Positions 31,846-42,464 of a stretch of 64,000 nt of DNA are shown piece by piece. Made by a program: the position numbers and the translations under genes. Within the stretch, counting starts at the first letter, position 1, and every line of letters starts with the position of its first letter. A model generated the notes under the pieces. It was not told where the DNA came from. It worked only from the letters and a program-made list of their open reading frames with translations, and made no database searches. This DNA is from a bacterium (GTDB lineage Bacteria > Zhuqueibacterota > Zhuqueibacteria > Oceanimicrobiales > Oceanimicrobiaceae): positions 13,842-77,841 of the forward strand of contig JBHHXN010000007.1 in NCBI GenBank assembly GCA_046757025.1, written 5' to 3'.

Positions 31846-33142
31846 CTTCGTCTCCTGTCATGCCGTCGTCGTTTTGCGATTGCGCGCTCAACAGTCGTGC
31901 AATTTTGTGTGATTTATCCTGACTGGTGCGCAATTTCAACTGAACACCGTGCTTATCGTATTTCGAGTCTAGCACTTCGGACAATTCATATATTTTCGAA
32001 ATCAGCTCGGAACAGTTGAGAGCCAGGGACACAGTCATTTCCACCACAGAGTCGCTGAGCACCTCGGCAATTTTTTCTTTCAAATCCTGTAAAAAGAGTC
32101 CTTTGGTTGCCGACACAAACACCGCCGGTGCATACTCATTTTGCAAGCGCAGCAGCAAACCTTTGTGTTCGAGTAAATCGATTTTATTAAACACAAAAAT
32201 GGTGGGCTTGTTTAAAATGTTCAACTGACTCAGCACCTCTTTCACCACGGTTAAATGTTCAAATAAATGCGGATGGCTCATGTCCACCACGTGCAGCAAC
32301 GCGTCCGCTTCCTTGGCCTCTTCCAGGGTGCTCATGAAAGACGCCACCAGATGGTGCGGCAATTTGCGAATAAAGCCCACCGTGTCGATGAGCAAAACGT
32401 CGGTCTTTTTCGAAAGCGTCAGGCGCCGAACCGTGGCGTCTAACGTAGCAAACAACCGATTCTCAACAAACACACTTGATTGGGTCAGGGCATTCATGAG
32501 CGTCGATTTACCGGCGTTGGTGTAGCCCACCAGCGCGATTTTCATGGGCACTTCGCGGTTTCTCCGCCGCACTTCGCGCTGATGTTTGATCTTTTGCAGT
32601 TCTTTCGTGAGCGTGCTAATGCGCTTGCGAACCAGGCGTCGGTCCACCTCGAGCTGGGTTTCGCCCGGTCCCCGGGTGCCAATTCCGCCCACCTGCCGTG
32701 AAAGATGCGTCCATTGCCGGGTGAGTCGCGGCAAAAGATAGTTCAACTGCGCCAGCTCTACCTGAGTTTTCGCCTCCCGCGATTTAGCCCGGCGAGCAAA
32801 TATATCCAGAATTAAACCGCTGCGATCAAGAATTTTTTTTCCAGACAGTTTTTCAAGATTGCGCACCTGTGCGGGGCTGAGGTCATCATCAAAAATCAGT
32901 AAATCGACGTCATTATCTTTAGCCCGGTCGGCAATCCACTCGGCCTTGCCCCGGCCAATATAAAAAGCCGGATCAATTTTTTCTTTTTCCTGGATGCATT
33001 TTTCGAACACCTCCGCGCCGGCGGTGTCCGCCAGCAACGCCAGTTCCTCTAAATGCTCCTCGGTTTCCCAGCGCCCCTTGCTGGTTAGGGTTAATCCAAT
33101 CAACAAAGCGCGCTCTTTTTCAATATTTTTCAATTCATGCAA
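31838..33142 (-). CDS. hflX: GTPase HflX
   Basis: GPGETQLEVDRR, GYTNAGKS, LFATLD, DTVGFI, NKID. Confidence 0.98.
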   Translation of the reverse strand: MHELKNIEKERALLIGLTLTSKGRWETEEHLEELALLADTAGAEVFEKCIQEKEKIDPAFYIGRGKAEWIADRAKDNDVDLLIFDDDLSPAQVRNLEKLSGKKILDRSGLILDIFARRAKSREAKTQVELAQLNYLLPRLTRQWTHLSRQVGGIGTRGPGETQLEVDRRLVRKRISTLTKELQKIKHQREVRRRNREVPMKIALVGYTNAGKSTLMNALTQSSVFVENRLFATLDATVRRLTLSKKTDVLLIDTVGFIRKLPHHLVASFMSTLEEAKEADALLHVVDMSHPHLFEHLTVVKEVLSQLNILNKPTIFVFNKIDLLEHKGLLLRLQNEYAPAVFVSATKGLFLQDLKEKIAEVLSDSVVEMTVSLALNCSELISKIYELSEVLDSKYDKHGVQLKLRTSQDKSHKIARLLSAQSQNDDGMTGDEDE

Positions 33143-33278
33143 AAGGGGGATTTCATCCTCCAGAAAAGCGATGTTTTGTTTTTTAAGAATAAATTCTTTT
33201 TACACCGAACAACAAGTTAAAAATTCCAAATTTTAAAAACAAAATCGCAAACAAACTTCAAATTCAAATTTCAAAACA

Positions 33279-33421
33279 GGGACTGTTCCAAAAGTCTCGA
33301 AATGCAAACAACTTAATACTGCATCCCGAAGTAAACTCGGGAAAGAAGATTACTTTTTAAACAACTTAGATACCCTTTGGCTCCGCTCTGGGTGAAGAAC
33401 CACGATTTTTTGCACAGCCCC
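33279..33421. mobile_element. Degenerate MITE-like element with REP-like hairpins
   Basis: GGGACTGTTCCAAAAGTC / GATTTTTTGCACAGCCCC (14/18 inverted match); internal CCCGAAGTAAACTCGGG and CCCTTTGGCTCCGCTCTGGG. Confidence 0.5.
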
Positions 33422-33427
33422 AAGGCT

Positions 33428-35518
33428 TTAAACCTCGGCCTTCTCACGAAACAGCAGCATTTCCGCCACTAGCAGCAGTAAGGCTGCTGCCGCAAAATAT
33501 TTCCACAATTCGCGTCCAAAGCGAGACTCTGTCAACATGCCGGCCACATTCTCTTGATTTTTGATGACCGTCCATTCCACGGGGTGAGTAATCTTCTGTA
33601 ATTCTTCCGGGTCAAACATGGTAATTTCGGCTTCTGAGGGATCAAAATTGACCGCCCACTGCGCCAAACTTTTATCTTTGTGCACGATTTGATAGATGCC
33701 CGGCAAATCGGTTTCAACGAATTGCAAAAAATATTGGCCTTTCAAAACTTCGGGTTTGATTTTGACTTCGTTGCCGTCGGGCTTAACCATGTTCATATCG
33801 GGATTGAATGACTGGCTTTCGGGATTGAACGTGAGCTCTTCGCCGATTAAAAATTCATCCTTGGTTTCTGCGTCGGTGCCGGCTAAATAACTAACCGAAC
33901 GGTTGACCAACGGCACAAAGATCCCTCGCAAGGCCAAATCCGACCAGTCATTGACGATTCCCGAGGTGCTGTACATGATGCGTCCATTTTGAAATGAGGC
34001 CTCGAATAAAAACGGCGCCCCGTTGCTAAATTCCATGATCGTGTTGATGGACTTTTCGGCTTTCAGACTGACGGCGAATCGAAAATGCGGCGACACGACG
34101 TTTTTTTCATCTTCAAATACATCTTTAAAAATGGGGTGGCTGAAATCAATTTTGCCCAATGAAAGAAATTGATTTTCATTCTCACTGGTAATCGATTCGG
34201 CCAGCAACGGTAAATTTAACTTTTTATGCAAATTTTCATTATAATTGCGCAGATCCACATCGGCTCCTAAAAAGACCAGCAAGCCGCCGCCGTCTGCCAC
34301 GAACTTTTGCAGTTTCGAGGCCTCCACATAATCTAACCTGGCCACATTGGATAAAATGATCATTTTATACGCATCTAAACTTTCCTGGCTTAGCTGGGGG
34401 GTTAAAATCGATTTGGCTTTGATGTAACTGGTCAAATCGTCGTCCGGACTTAACGCCAGCCTTAAAAAATATGTGTCGGATTCATGGTTGCCTACCATGA
34501 GCACCGGAATTTCATCCGGAATGTTAAAGGTGAAATACCGCCGGTTGTCCATCACCAGACCATCGTCTTCCAGGAGTACAAATCCGGATTGCCGGCCGGT
34601 GCGGTCGGGTACCAGCCGAAAAACCACTTTGGTGGAAGCGTTCGCCTCCAGGTCGATGGCATTCTGCCCCACTCTTTTACCGTTAACAAATAAATGCACC
34701 AGTTTATTCTTCACTGATTGTTGGGAATTATTTTTGATCACTGCATCCACTTCAATGACTTTGCCTTTCTCCAATATCTGATTGCCGATTCGTACGTTAG
34801 TAATAGTTAGATTTTCGGCGCGGGAGCTGGAAACCGGCAGCAGGAATAAATTGACGTCTTCACCGAACCTGGCACCGCCGTCGCTCTCCACCGCTTTTGT
34901 TAAGCCATTTTTTTGCAGGTCGCCTATCAGATAAATCTCTTTGTTGATGTTTTTCGAACCGCTCATGATGGCAAACGCCAGACTGAGTGTGCCGATATAA
35001 TCCGTCGCGGTGTAGGCAAGCTCGGTATTTTCGATGAGCTCTTTCATGGAGTCTAAATTATATTTGGCACCGTCATGGGCAAAAACCGGCGGCGCGCCTG
35101 GATAAAGTAGATATAATTCATCGCCCGGCCGCATCAGATTCACGATTTCCAGCGCGCGTTTTTTGGCCACTTCTAACAGCATCCGCCCCTCGTGTTCCAG
35201 ACCCATACTCAGAGTATTGTCCAGTATTATCACCGCGGTAAGCTGCGCACCGGATTCCAGAGACGCGCTCGGTGCATTTTTGAGTGCCGGACGCGAAAAG
35301 GCCAAAATCAGCATCAAAATCAACAACGCCCTGAGAATCAACAATAAAATCTGGCGAATCTTTAAACGACGGATCTTTTGCTTTTGCAGCTCCTTGAGAA
35401 ATCGCAGGCTGCTAAAATTTACAATTTTGATTTTTTGACGGGTGAAAAGGTGAATGAGTATGGGAATGGCAACGGCCAACACACCGATCAAAACAGCCGA
35501 GTTTAAAAATGTAAGCAT
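33428..35518 (-). CDS. BatA-domain / vWA membrane protein
   Basis: IPILIHL...FSSLRFL...LLILR...AFSRP BatA motif, ILDNTLSM MIDAS-like motif, C-terminal TM. Confidence 0.85.
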   Translation of the reverse strand: MLTFLNSAVLIGVLAVAIPILIHLFTRQKIKIVNFSSLRFLKELQKQKIRRLKIRQILLLILRALLILMLILAFSRPALKNAPSASLESGAQLTAVIILDNTLSMGLEHEGRMLLEVAKKRALEIVNLMRPGDELYLLYPGAPPVFAHDGAKYNLDSMKELIENTELAYTATDYIGTLSLAFAIMSGSKNINKEIYLIGDLQKNGLTKAVESDGGARFGEDVNLFLLPVSSSRAENLTITNVRIGNQILEKGKVIEVDAVIKNNSQQSVKNKLVHLFVNGKRVGQNAIDLEANASTKVVFRLVPDRTGRQSGFVLLEDDGLVMDNRRYFTFNIPDEIPVLMVGNHESDTYFLRLALSPDDDLTSYIKAKSILTPQLSQESLDAYKMIILSNVARLDYVEASKLQKFVADGGGLLVFLGADVDLRNYNENLHKKLNLPLLAESITSENENQFLSLGKIDFSHPIFKDVFEDEKNVVSPHFRFAVSLKAEKSINTIMEFSNGAPFLFEASFQNGRIMYSTSGIVNDWSDLALRGIFVPLVNRSVSYLAGTDAETKDEFLIGEELTFNPESQSFNPDMNMVKPDGNEVKIKPEVLKGQYFLQFVETDLPGIYQIVHKDKSLAQWAVNFDPSEAEITMFDPEELQKITHPVEWTVIKNQENVAGMLTESRFGRELWKYFAAAALLLLVAEMLLFREKAEV

Positions 35519-35688
35519 GTACAGTCCAATTGCGGAATCAAATAAAATATGGCTTAAATGGTACTACTTTTAAGCTAGACTTAGAGCTTTTCATCAAATA
35601 TTATACTTTGTACATTTTTTGTAAGTTTCAAAGCAATAGGAAGTTAGAGACAACCAACTGTTTTTTGAAAAAAACACCCATTCGGCAG

Positions 35689-36486
35689 TTACCCTCTAAT
35701 CAAACTTTTAATCATCTCGAATGGATTAAGGAGGCCGGATTTCCTGGTCGCTTTAAGGGGCAGAGGTTCCGGCGGAGCGATCGCTTTGCCGGCGATGGCC
35801 TTGCTGGGATTTTCACGAAATAGCAATTCGGCTCGGTCTTCTCCCCACTCGTTGGAAACCAGGTCAAAGGCGTCTTTCAGTCTAAAGGGACGCCTGGTGG
35901 TATTGTGAGCGTCGGTGCTGATAAAATGAATCAGGTTGCAGTCCAATAATTTGACAGCGGTTTGTTTGATGGTGCCGCCATGCCGGCCCACAATACTGCC
36001 GGCGTTCATCTGCAGCAAGGCGCCGCGCTGTACAAACTCAAACGCGCGTTCAGGATAGCGAATGATTCCGCCGTTTCTTTCCGGATGCGCAATGATGGGC
36101 ACCATGCCATCCAATATCAGATCAAAAAAACGCTCGGCGACAAATTTGGGGATGTCCTGCATGGGGAATTCGACTAAAAAATATTTTTTGTTGTTGTTGT
36201 AAGTGGAAATGGTATGAAACAGCTCCATATCCACTTGAGCATAAATTTCGGAACCCAGGTGCGCTTTGATGTTTAACCTGGCCTGAGAAATGCGCTTTTT
36301 TAATTCCTGGAATTTCGCTTTGATTTCATCTTCTCGTTCATAAGCCAGGTTGCTCAAAATATGGTGGGTGATGGCAAATTCCGTTATGCCGTCTGCGGCC
36401 GCCTGATGCACCATGGCCATGGTCCCCTCCCAGTCGCCGGGGCCGTCGTCAATTCCAGGGAGTACGTGCGAGTGGATGTCTATCAA
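35689..36486 (-). CDS. PHP-family tyrosine-protein phosphatase (CpsB/CapC/YwqE)
   Basis: IDIHSHVLPGIDDG, IIAHPERN, STDAH. Confidence 0.92.
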   Translation of the reverse strand: MIDIHSHVLPGIDDGPGDWEGTMAMVHQAAADGITEFAITHHILSNLAYEREDEIKAKFQELKKRISQARLNIKAHLGSEIYAQVDMELFHTISTYNNNKKYFLVEFPMQDIPKFVAERFFDLILDGMVPIIAHPERNGGIIRYPERAFEFVQRGALLQMNAGSIVGRHGGTIKQTAVKLLDCNLIHFISTDAHNTTRRPFRLKDAFDLVSNEWGEDRAELLFRENPSKAIAGKAIAPPEPLPLKATRKSGLLNPFEMIKSLIRG

Positions 36487-36606
36487 AGCATCTCCTTATA
36501 CGATTCTATTTAAACTCCGAAAGTAGTTAATTTTTGTTCATTCTACAGATACAAATGATTTGGATTTTTGCAGATACTAAAACTCAAATTGTTCAAAATA
36601 GCACAT

Positions 36607-37347
36607 CTATCCGTGAATCGCATCGGCAAATTCCCGGATCAAGCTCAAGTCACCACCGTTTTCCAGAACGTTGCCGGTGACCACAAAGCCGGCGCCAGCC
36701 TGGACTTTGCGATGCGCATCTTCCGGTGTTTGGATGCCGCCGCCCACGATTATCGGTAAAGAAACGTAGCCATGGACGGCTGCCACCATTTCTTCCGGCA
36801 CCGAATGCTCGGCTCCGCTACCCGCTTCCAGATAAATGAGTTTCATGCCCAGATATTCTGCTGACAGAGCGGTGGCTTTGGCGATATTCAGCTTGTCCCT
36901 CGGAATTGGGCGGGTGTTGCTCATAAATTCAGCCGAAGTGGTGCGCCCGGATTCAATGAGCATGTAACCCACCGAAATGGGTTCCACATCCAGTGCTTTG
37001 ATCACCGGCGCCGCTTTAATTTGCTCGCCGATCAGATAAGTCGGGTTGCGGCCGCTGATCAAAGACAGAAAGAAGATGGCATCCGCGTAGCGGGATACCT
37101 GCGTCGGGCTGCCAGGGAAAATAATGAGTGGAATATTTATCTGATTCTTGATCAATCCCACCACATTATCGAACGAAGAAGACAGAAGTAAACTGCCGCC
37201 AATGAGCAGCCCGTCGGCACCGTAGTTGTTGGCGGCCTCAGCCAGCTCGAGCAGGTGGTCTTGCGGCCAATTGTCCGGATCGATCAAAACAAAATAACCC
37301 GCGCCGTGCTGCTTTTTTATGGTGAGAATCCGTTCTAATGTCGTCAA
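36607..37347 (-). CDS. Geranylgeranylglyceryl/heptaprenylglyceryl phosphate synthase (group II-like)
   Basis: LIDPD, GGS, FPG, SLISGRNP, YLEAGSGA, VGGGI, VTGN motifs. Confidence 0.93.
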   Translation of the reverse strand: MTTLERILTIKKQHGAGYFVLIDPDNWPQDHLLELAEAANNYGADGLLIGGSLLLSSSFDNVVGLIKNQINIPLIIFPGSPTQVSRYADAIFFLSLISGRNPTYLIGEQIKAAPVIKALDVEPISVGYMLIESGRTTSAEFMSNTRPIPRDKLNIAKATALSAEYLGMKLIYLEAGSGAEHSVPEEMVAAVHGYVSLPIIVGGGIQTPEDAHRKVQAGAGFVVTGNVLENGGDLSLIREFADAIHG

Positions 37348-37360
37348 GTCAAAAATCCTT

Positions 37361-40015
37361 TTACTGTTTCAGAAAATGCAAAACAATTTCGGGGGTTTTG
37401 GACAGCGCATGCTGCAGCTTCTGGATGTTTTTCCCGCCGGCCAGCGCCATGTGCGGCCGACCGCCGCCGCTGCCGTCTGCCAGCGCCGCCACTCGCTTGA
37501 TAATTTTACCGGCGTTGAGATTTTTCTGCCGGATCAAATCGTCCGTGACCACACAAACAAAAGACGCTTTATTGTCGATCACAGAAGCGAGCACACCGAT
37601 TCCGGAACCGATTTTTGCCCGCAAGGTATCGCTGATCTTTTTGAGCTCTTCGACATTTTCAACCTGGATCTGCGAAGCCACGACTTTCAGGCCGTTGACA
37701 TTTTGCGCTTCCTCCACCAGCTTTTGCATGTATTGTCCCGCCGCCTGGATGCGCAGTTGTGTCAGCTCTTTTTCAAGCAGCTGCTGGTTTTTGAGAAGGC
37801 TGGCGGTTTTCGAGTAAATGTCCTCCGCTTTACAGTTCAAAAGATCCTGAATTTGCGCCAATTGCTTTTTTTCATGACGCAGAAGGGCGTCGGCTCTTTC
37901 GCCGGTGACCGCTTCCAGTCGGCGAATCCCGGCCGCGGCGCTGGTTTCAGTCAAAATTCTGAAATAGCCCATTTCGCCGGTGTGCTGCAAATGCGTCCCG
38001 CCGCATAACTCCAGGCTGTAATCGGAGATTTTAACGACCCGCACCTGTTCGCCATATTTTTCTTCAAAAATGGCCATGGCGCCCATTTTCCGCGCTTCCA
38101 CAAACGTGGTCTGCAACGTTTCCACCGCAAGATCGGCGCGAATTTTTTCATTGACGCGCTGTTCGATTTCCTCGATCTGTTGATGGTCGATTTTTTGAAA
38201 ATGCGTCACATCGAATCGCAAGTGGTCCGGTGCCACCAACGAACCCGCCTGAGTCACGTGCGTTCCTAACGTTTCCCGCAGGGCTTTGTGCAGCAGGTGG
38301 GTGGCGGTGTGATTGCGAGCGGTTGATTTGCGTCGCTCCGCGTCCACCTGCGCCTGTACTTTGGCACTTTTTATTTCGCCTGAACCAACTAATTTGCCCA
38401 CGTGCACAATGTTGTTGCCCGCCCGCACCGTGTCCTGAATTTCAATTTTAAACCCGTCGCCCAGGAGCTTTCCGACATCGCCCACCTGCCCGCCGGCTTC
38501 TCCGTAAAAAGGGGTTCGATTTAATGTCAGAAAAACCTGGTCTTTCTCATGAAGAATTCGGCGAATTTCAGCTTCGGTCTCTAACTGGGAATATCCAATA
38601 AACTCAGAGTCAATACCGCCGGTCATTTCGGTCCATTTTTCCAGATCAAACTCCGCGGAATAACTCCACTTGCCGGCTTTTCTTGCCCGTTCGCGTTGTG
38701 CCGTCATGGCCTTTTCAAATCCTTCTTCATCCACGGTCAGATTTTTTTGCCGTGCCATCAATTGCGTCAGATCAAGAGGAAAGCCGTACGTATCGTACAG
38801 TTTAAAGGCATCTTCGCCCGCGATGACGGTTTTACGGCTTTTTTGCATATCTTCAACCACCCGCTCAAAAATTTCGATTCCCCGGTCCAGCGTGCTGTTA
38901 AAGCTTTCCTCCTCGGCTTTCAGAACCGTTGAAACGAACTGGTGTTTTTCTTTCAATTCCGGGAAAACGTCTCCCATGGTATCCACGATGACGGGTACCA
39001 GCTTGAAAATAAACGGCTCGTGCATGTTCAAATTCCGGCCAAAGCGGGCGGCCCGCCGCAGAATACGGCGCAAAACATAACCGCGCCCTTCGTTGGAAGG
39101 CATGGCGCCGTCGGTGATGGCAAAGGTGAGGGCACGAACGTGATCCGCGATCACCCGATGAGCCACACCGCTGTCGCTGCCCGGATATTTGATGCCCGTG
39201 AGCTCGTCTATTCTGGCCAGAATCGGGGTAAAAATATCGCTGTCGTAGTTTGAATTGAGCCCGTTAAGCACGGCCGTGACGCGCTCAAATCCCATACCGG
39301 TGTCCACATGCTGTGCTGGCAAGTCAGTTAGCTGGCCATCCAGTCCGCGATTAAACTGAATAAAAACGAGATTCCAGATCTCGATGAAGCGTGCGCAACC
39401 GGCGTTTACGGCGCAAACGTGATTGGCGTCTTTTTGCCGGTCACATTTGCCTTCGCCCAGATCATAATGAATTTCAGAGCAGGGGCCGCACGGTCCTGTG
39501 TCCCCCATTTCCCAAAAATTATCCTTTTTGCCAAATCGCAGAATGCGGTCTCTTGGGATAGGCGTCAATTCTTTCCAGAGCGTCTCAGCTTCCTCGTCCG
39601 GCGCTAAGTTTTCGGTTTCGTCACCGCCAAACACGGTTGCCCATATTCGGTCCTTGTCCAATCCCCAAACCTTGACCAAAAGCTCCCAGGCCCATGCGAT
39701 AGCTTCCTTTTTGAAATAGTCGCCAAAAGACCAGTTGCCGAGCATTTCAAAAAAAGTATGATGATAGGTGTCAAAACCCACATCTTCCAGGTCGTTGTGT
39801 TTGCCGCTCACGCGGATGCATTTCTGTGTGTTGGCGGCGCGTTGACATTGGCGGCTTTCTTGTCCCAGGAAAATTTTTTTAAATTGATTCATACCGGCGT
39901 TGATAAAATACAAACTCGGATCATCAAAAGGCACCACCGGCGAACTGGGCACAAATTCGTGATCTTTGCTCTTGAAAAATTCAATAAATGTGTTGCGAAT
40001 GTCTCTCGATTTCAT
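37361..40015 (-). CDS. alaS: Alanine--tRNA ligase
   Basis: NAGMNQFK, HHTFFEMLGNWSFGDYFK, HTATHLLH, ELCGGTH, GGGRP. Confidence 0.99.
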   Translation of the reverse strand: MKSRDIRNTFIEFFKSKDHEFVPSSPVVPFDDPSLYFINAGMNQFKKIFLGQESRQCQRAANTQKCIRVSGKHNDLEDVGFDTYHHTFFEMLGNWSFGDYFKKEAIAWAWELLVKVWGLDKDRIWATVFGGDETENLAPDEEAETLWKELTPIPRDRILRFGKKDNFWEMGDTGPCGPCSEIHYDLGEGKCDRQKDANHVCAVNAGCARFIEIWNLVFIQFNRGLDGQLTDLPAQHVDTGMGFERVTAVLNGLNSNYDSDIFTPILARIDELTGIKYPGSDSGVAHRVIADHVRALTFAITDGAMPSNEGRGYVLRRILRRAARFGRNLNMHEPFIFKLVPVIVDTMGDVFPELKEKHQFVSTVLKAEEESFNSTLDRGIEIFERVVEDMQKSRKTVIAGEDAFKLYDTYGFPLDLTQLMARQKNLTVDEEGFEKAMTAQRERARKAGKWSYSAEFDLEKWTEMTGGIDSEFIGYSQLETEAEIRRILHEKDQVFLTLNRTPFYGEAGGQVGDVGKLLGDGFKIEIQDTVRAGNNIVHVGKLVGSGEIKSAKVQAQVDAERRKSTARNHTATHLLHKALRETLGTHVTQAGSLVAPDHLRFDVTHFQKIDHQQIEEIEQRVNEKIRADLAVETLQTTFVEARKMGAMAIFEEKYGEQVRVVKISDYSLELCGGTHLQHTGEMGYFRILTETSAAAGIRRLEAVTGERADALLRHEKKQLAQIQDLLNCKAEDIYSKTASLLKNQQLLEKELTQLRIQAAGQYMQKLVEEAQNVNGLKVVASQIQVENVEELKKISDTLRAKIGSGIGVLASVIDNKASFVCVVTDDLIRQKNLNAGKIIKRVAALADGSGGGRPHMALAGGKNIQKLQHALSKTPEIVLHFLKQ

Positions 40016-40110
40016 TTTCTACTCGAATCTTTCTCCATCTTTGCACGTTTCAGAGATTTTCGGCAATCCTGCATGAATTAATAAAAGATGGCCGGAATAT
40101 TACACAAGTT

Positions 40111-40746
40111 TCACCTTTCTTCAACGACTTCCTTCACCACTTCCCAATCAAATCCCCGGCGCACGAGAAAATCGCTCATGCGTTTTTTGGCTTGCCAGGC
40201 ATCCAAATTTTGATAGCGCGCTTTATGTTTGTTAAATAATTCAGCGGCGATGTCTTTTTGACTTTTTTCTGAATAAACCTCTGAGATGGCGTTTTCAACC
40301 ACGGCTTCAATTACGCCTTTCTGCAACAGCTCCCTCCGCAAAACATGCTCACCCACCGGCCGATTGACCATGCGACTGCGAGCAAATGTCCGGGCAAAAG
40401 CCTCATCGTCCACCAAACCGGCGTCGGCCAATTTTGTCATGACCTCTTCGATCAGACTCCGGTTAAAACCTCGAAGCCGAAGCTTCGTTTTCAATTCGTG
40501 TTCACTGTGCGCACGCCCTGCCAGAAAACGCAGCGCTTTATCCCGAATTTTCTTTTTTTCTTCTTGCAGCAGGATCTGGGTTACTTGTTCCTCGGTGAGA
40601 AAATCACCCTTTCTTAAACCTAACTGCCCGACAATGGTTAGGTCCAGACCAAAGGCAAATTCATCGTTGAGATAAATGGCCGCTCGCCTTTTATTCTTTT
40701 TTTGAACCTCTATTTTTGAAATTTGTGCTGGATATTGCGCGTCCAT
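40111..40746 (-). CDS. recX: Regulatory protein RecX
   Basis: ALRFLAGRAHSEHEL...DDEAFA...RRGF, directly downstream of recA. Confidence 0.92.
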   Translation of the reverse strand: MDAQYPAQISKIEVQKKNKRRAAIYLNDEFAFGLDLTIVGQLGLRKGDFLTEEQVTQILLQEEKKKIRDKALRFLAGRAHSEHELKTKLRLRGFNRSLIEEVMTKLADAGLVDDEAFARTFARSRMVNRPVGEHVLRRELLQKGVIEAVVENAISEVYSEKSQKDIAAELFNKHKARYQNLDAWQAKKRMSDFLVRRGFDWEVVKEVVEER

Positions 40747-40763
40747 TCAATCACAAATTGACC

Positions 40764-41834
40764 TTAAGCATTTTGAGCTGTGCTCGTCGCCTTTTGTTGT
40801 GGTTTGGCGTCTTGCGCTTTGGCGTTTGCCGATTTGTTGAGCCCCAGGGCCTCCCGCACCTGCAGGGTGATTTTTTTCAGCAAATCCGGGCTTTGAATGA
40901 GATATTGCTTGACATTCTCGCGCCCCTGGCCCAAACGTTCTTCGCCATACGAAAACCAGGTGCCGCTTTTTTGGATCAGGTTGTGCTTCACAGCGGTATC
41001 GATGATGTCTCCTTCCTGTGAGATTCCTGTGCCGTACATGATATCAAATTCCGCTTCCCGAAACGGCGGGGCTACTTTATTTTTCACCACTTTCACTTTG
41101 GTACGGTTGCCGATGATATTTTCCGAATCTTTGATGGAAGCGGTTCGGCGGATGTCGATGCGTACGGTAGAATAAAACTTCAGCGCACGGCCGCCGGTGG
41201 TGGTTTCCGGATTGCCGAACATCACACCGATTTTTTCGCGAATCTGGTTGATGAATATGACGCAAGTCTTGGACTTACTGATGGCGCCGGCCAGCTTGCG
41301 CATGGCCTGCGACATCAAACGCGCTTGCAGACCCATTTGCGCGTCTCCCATGTCGCCTTCGATTTCCGCTCGGGGAACCAGCGCTGCCACCGAGTCAATG
41401 ACGACGACGTCCAGGGCGCCGCTGCGTACCAGGGTCTCGGTGATTTCCAGCGCCTGCTCACCGGTGTCCGGCTGTGAAATAAGCAGGTTGTCGGTATCCA
41501 CTCCCAGATTTTTGGCGTAGCGCGCGTCCAGTGCGTGTTCTGCATCCACAAAGGCGGCCAGGCCATTGCGCTTTTGCGCCTCCGCGATGATGTGCAGCGT
41601 CAGGGTGGTTTTACCCGACGATTCCGGTCCGAAAACCTCGATTATCCGGCCGCGTGGAACGCCTCCAACCCCCAGAGCCGCATCCAATGAAATGGAGCCT
41701 GTGGGAATAGCCGCGATACCTGCCGTCTTTTTCTCATCACCCAAGCGCATAATGGAGCCCTTACCAAATTGACGGTCGATTTGGGTCATCGCCAATTCCA
41801 GCGCTTTTAACTTTTCATTTTTTTCCTCGCTCAT
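40764..41834 (-). CDS. recA: Recombinase RecA
   Basis: [27 protein letters not shown]. Confidence 0.99.
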   Translation of the reverse strand: MSEEKNEKLKALELAMTQIDRQFGKGSIMRLGDEKKTAGIAAIPTGSISLDAALGVGGVPRGRIIEVFGPESSGKTTLTLHIIAEAQKRNGLAAFVDAEHALDARYAKNLGVDTDNLLISQPDTGEQALEITETLVRSGALDVVVIDSVAALVPRAEIEGDMGDAQMGLQARLMSQAMRKLAGAISKSKTCVIFINQIREKIGVMFGNPETTTGGRALKFYSTVRIDIRRTASIKDSENIIGNRTKVKVVKNKVAPPFREAEFDIMYGTGISQEGDIIDTAVKHNLIQKSGTWFSYGEERLGQGRENVKQYLIQSPDLLKKITLQVREALGLNKSANAKAQDAKPQQKATSTAQNA

Positions 41835-41867
41835 TCTGCACCCCTCCGATTTATTAGTGCTATATTT

Positions 41868-42437
41868 TTACTCATTGTAAGCTAACTTAATTTTACGTAA
41901 TGGTGTATAAAGCGCACCGCTCGGTAGTAAATCGCTTCTCATCACAACGATCTCCTGTGCGTGTGTTTCGCCACCTTCGAACTGATATTTGATTATTTTA
42001 TCCACAAATGTTTTGTTGACAACCGATTTCACTCGGCCAATTGTCAGATGCGGTGTGAAACTTCTCGGTTCCTTTTTAAAACCCAATTGACTCATCCCTT
42101 CCTCCAAACGTGAAACCAGTTTGGCGAACTCTTCATGCACATTCTCAATGCCAGCCCAGATCACTCGCGGCCGATTTACATTGGGGAACACACCCAAACC
42201 GGCGACCTTAAATGAAAAAGCGCGCCATTCCTGACCCAGCGTGGTCAGAACATCGGCGATATTCAAAATCACTTTTTCTTCTACCTCCCCCAAAAATTTT
42301 AATGTCAGATGAACATTTTCTGGCCGGGTCCAGCTTATGCGCTCACCACTTTTTTTTAAATCTTCCTGTACTTCCGCAATTCTTTTTCTGACGTCTTCGG
42401 AAATTTCAATGGCAATAAAAGTTCGAATTAAAGACAT
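41868..42437 (-). CDS. thpR: RNA 2',3'-cyclic phosphodiesterase
   Basis: Two HxT motifs (HLTLKFLG, PHLTIGR). Confidence 0.93.
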   Translation of the reverse strand: MSLIRTFIAIEISEDVRKRIAEVQEDLKKSGERISWTRPENVHLTLKFLGEVEEKVILNIADVLTTLGQEWRAFSFKVAGLGVFPNVNRPRVIWAGIENVHEEFAKLVSRLEEGMSQLGFKKEPRSFTPHLTIGRVKSVVNKTFVDKIIKYQFEGGETHAQEIVVMRSDLLPSGALYTPLRKIKLAYNE

Positions 42438-42464
42438 GTTTAACCCGGCTTAAATTTTCCCTGT

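Noticed and set aside
33221..33277. AAATTC-like short tandem tract as a CRISPR or coding repeat
   Set aside because: Low-complexity heptamer-like tract with no repeat-spacer periodicity; no CRISPR array or cas gene seen anywhere in the window.
41835..41867. SOS box upstream of recA
   Set aside because: The 33-nt gap shows no recognisable LexA palindrome; recA appears to be operon-internal.
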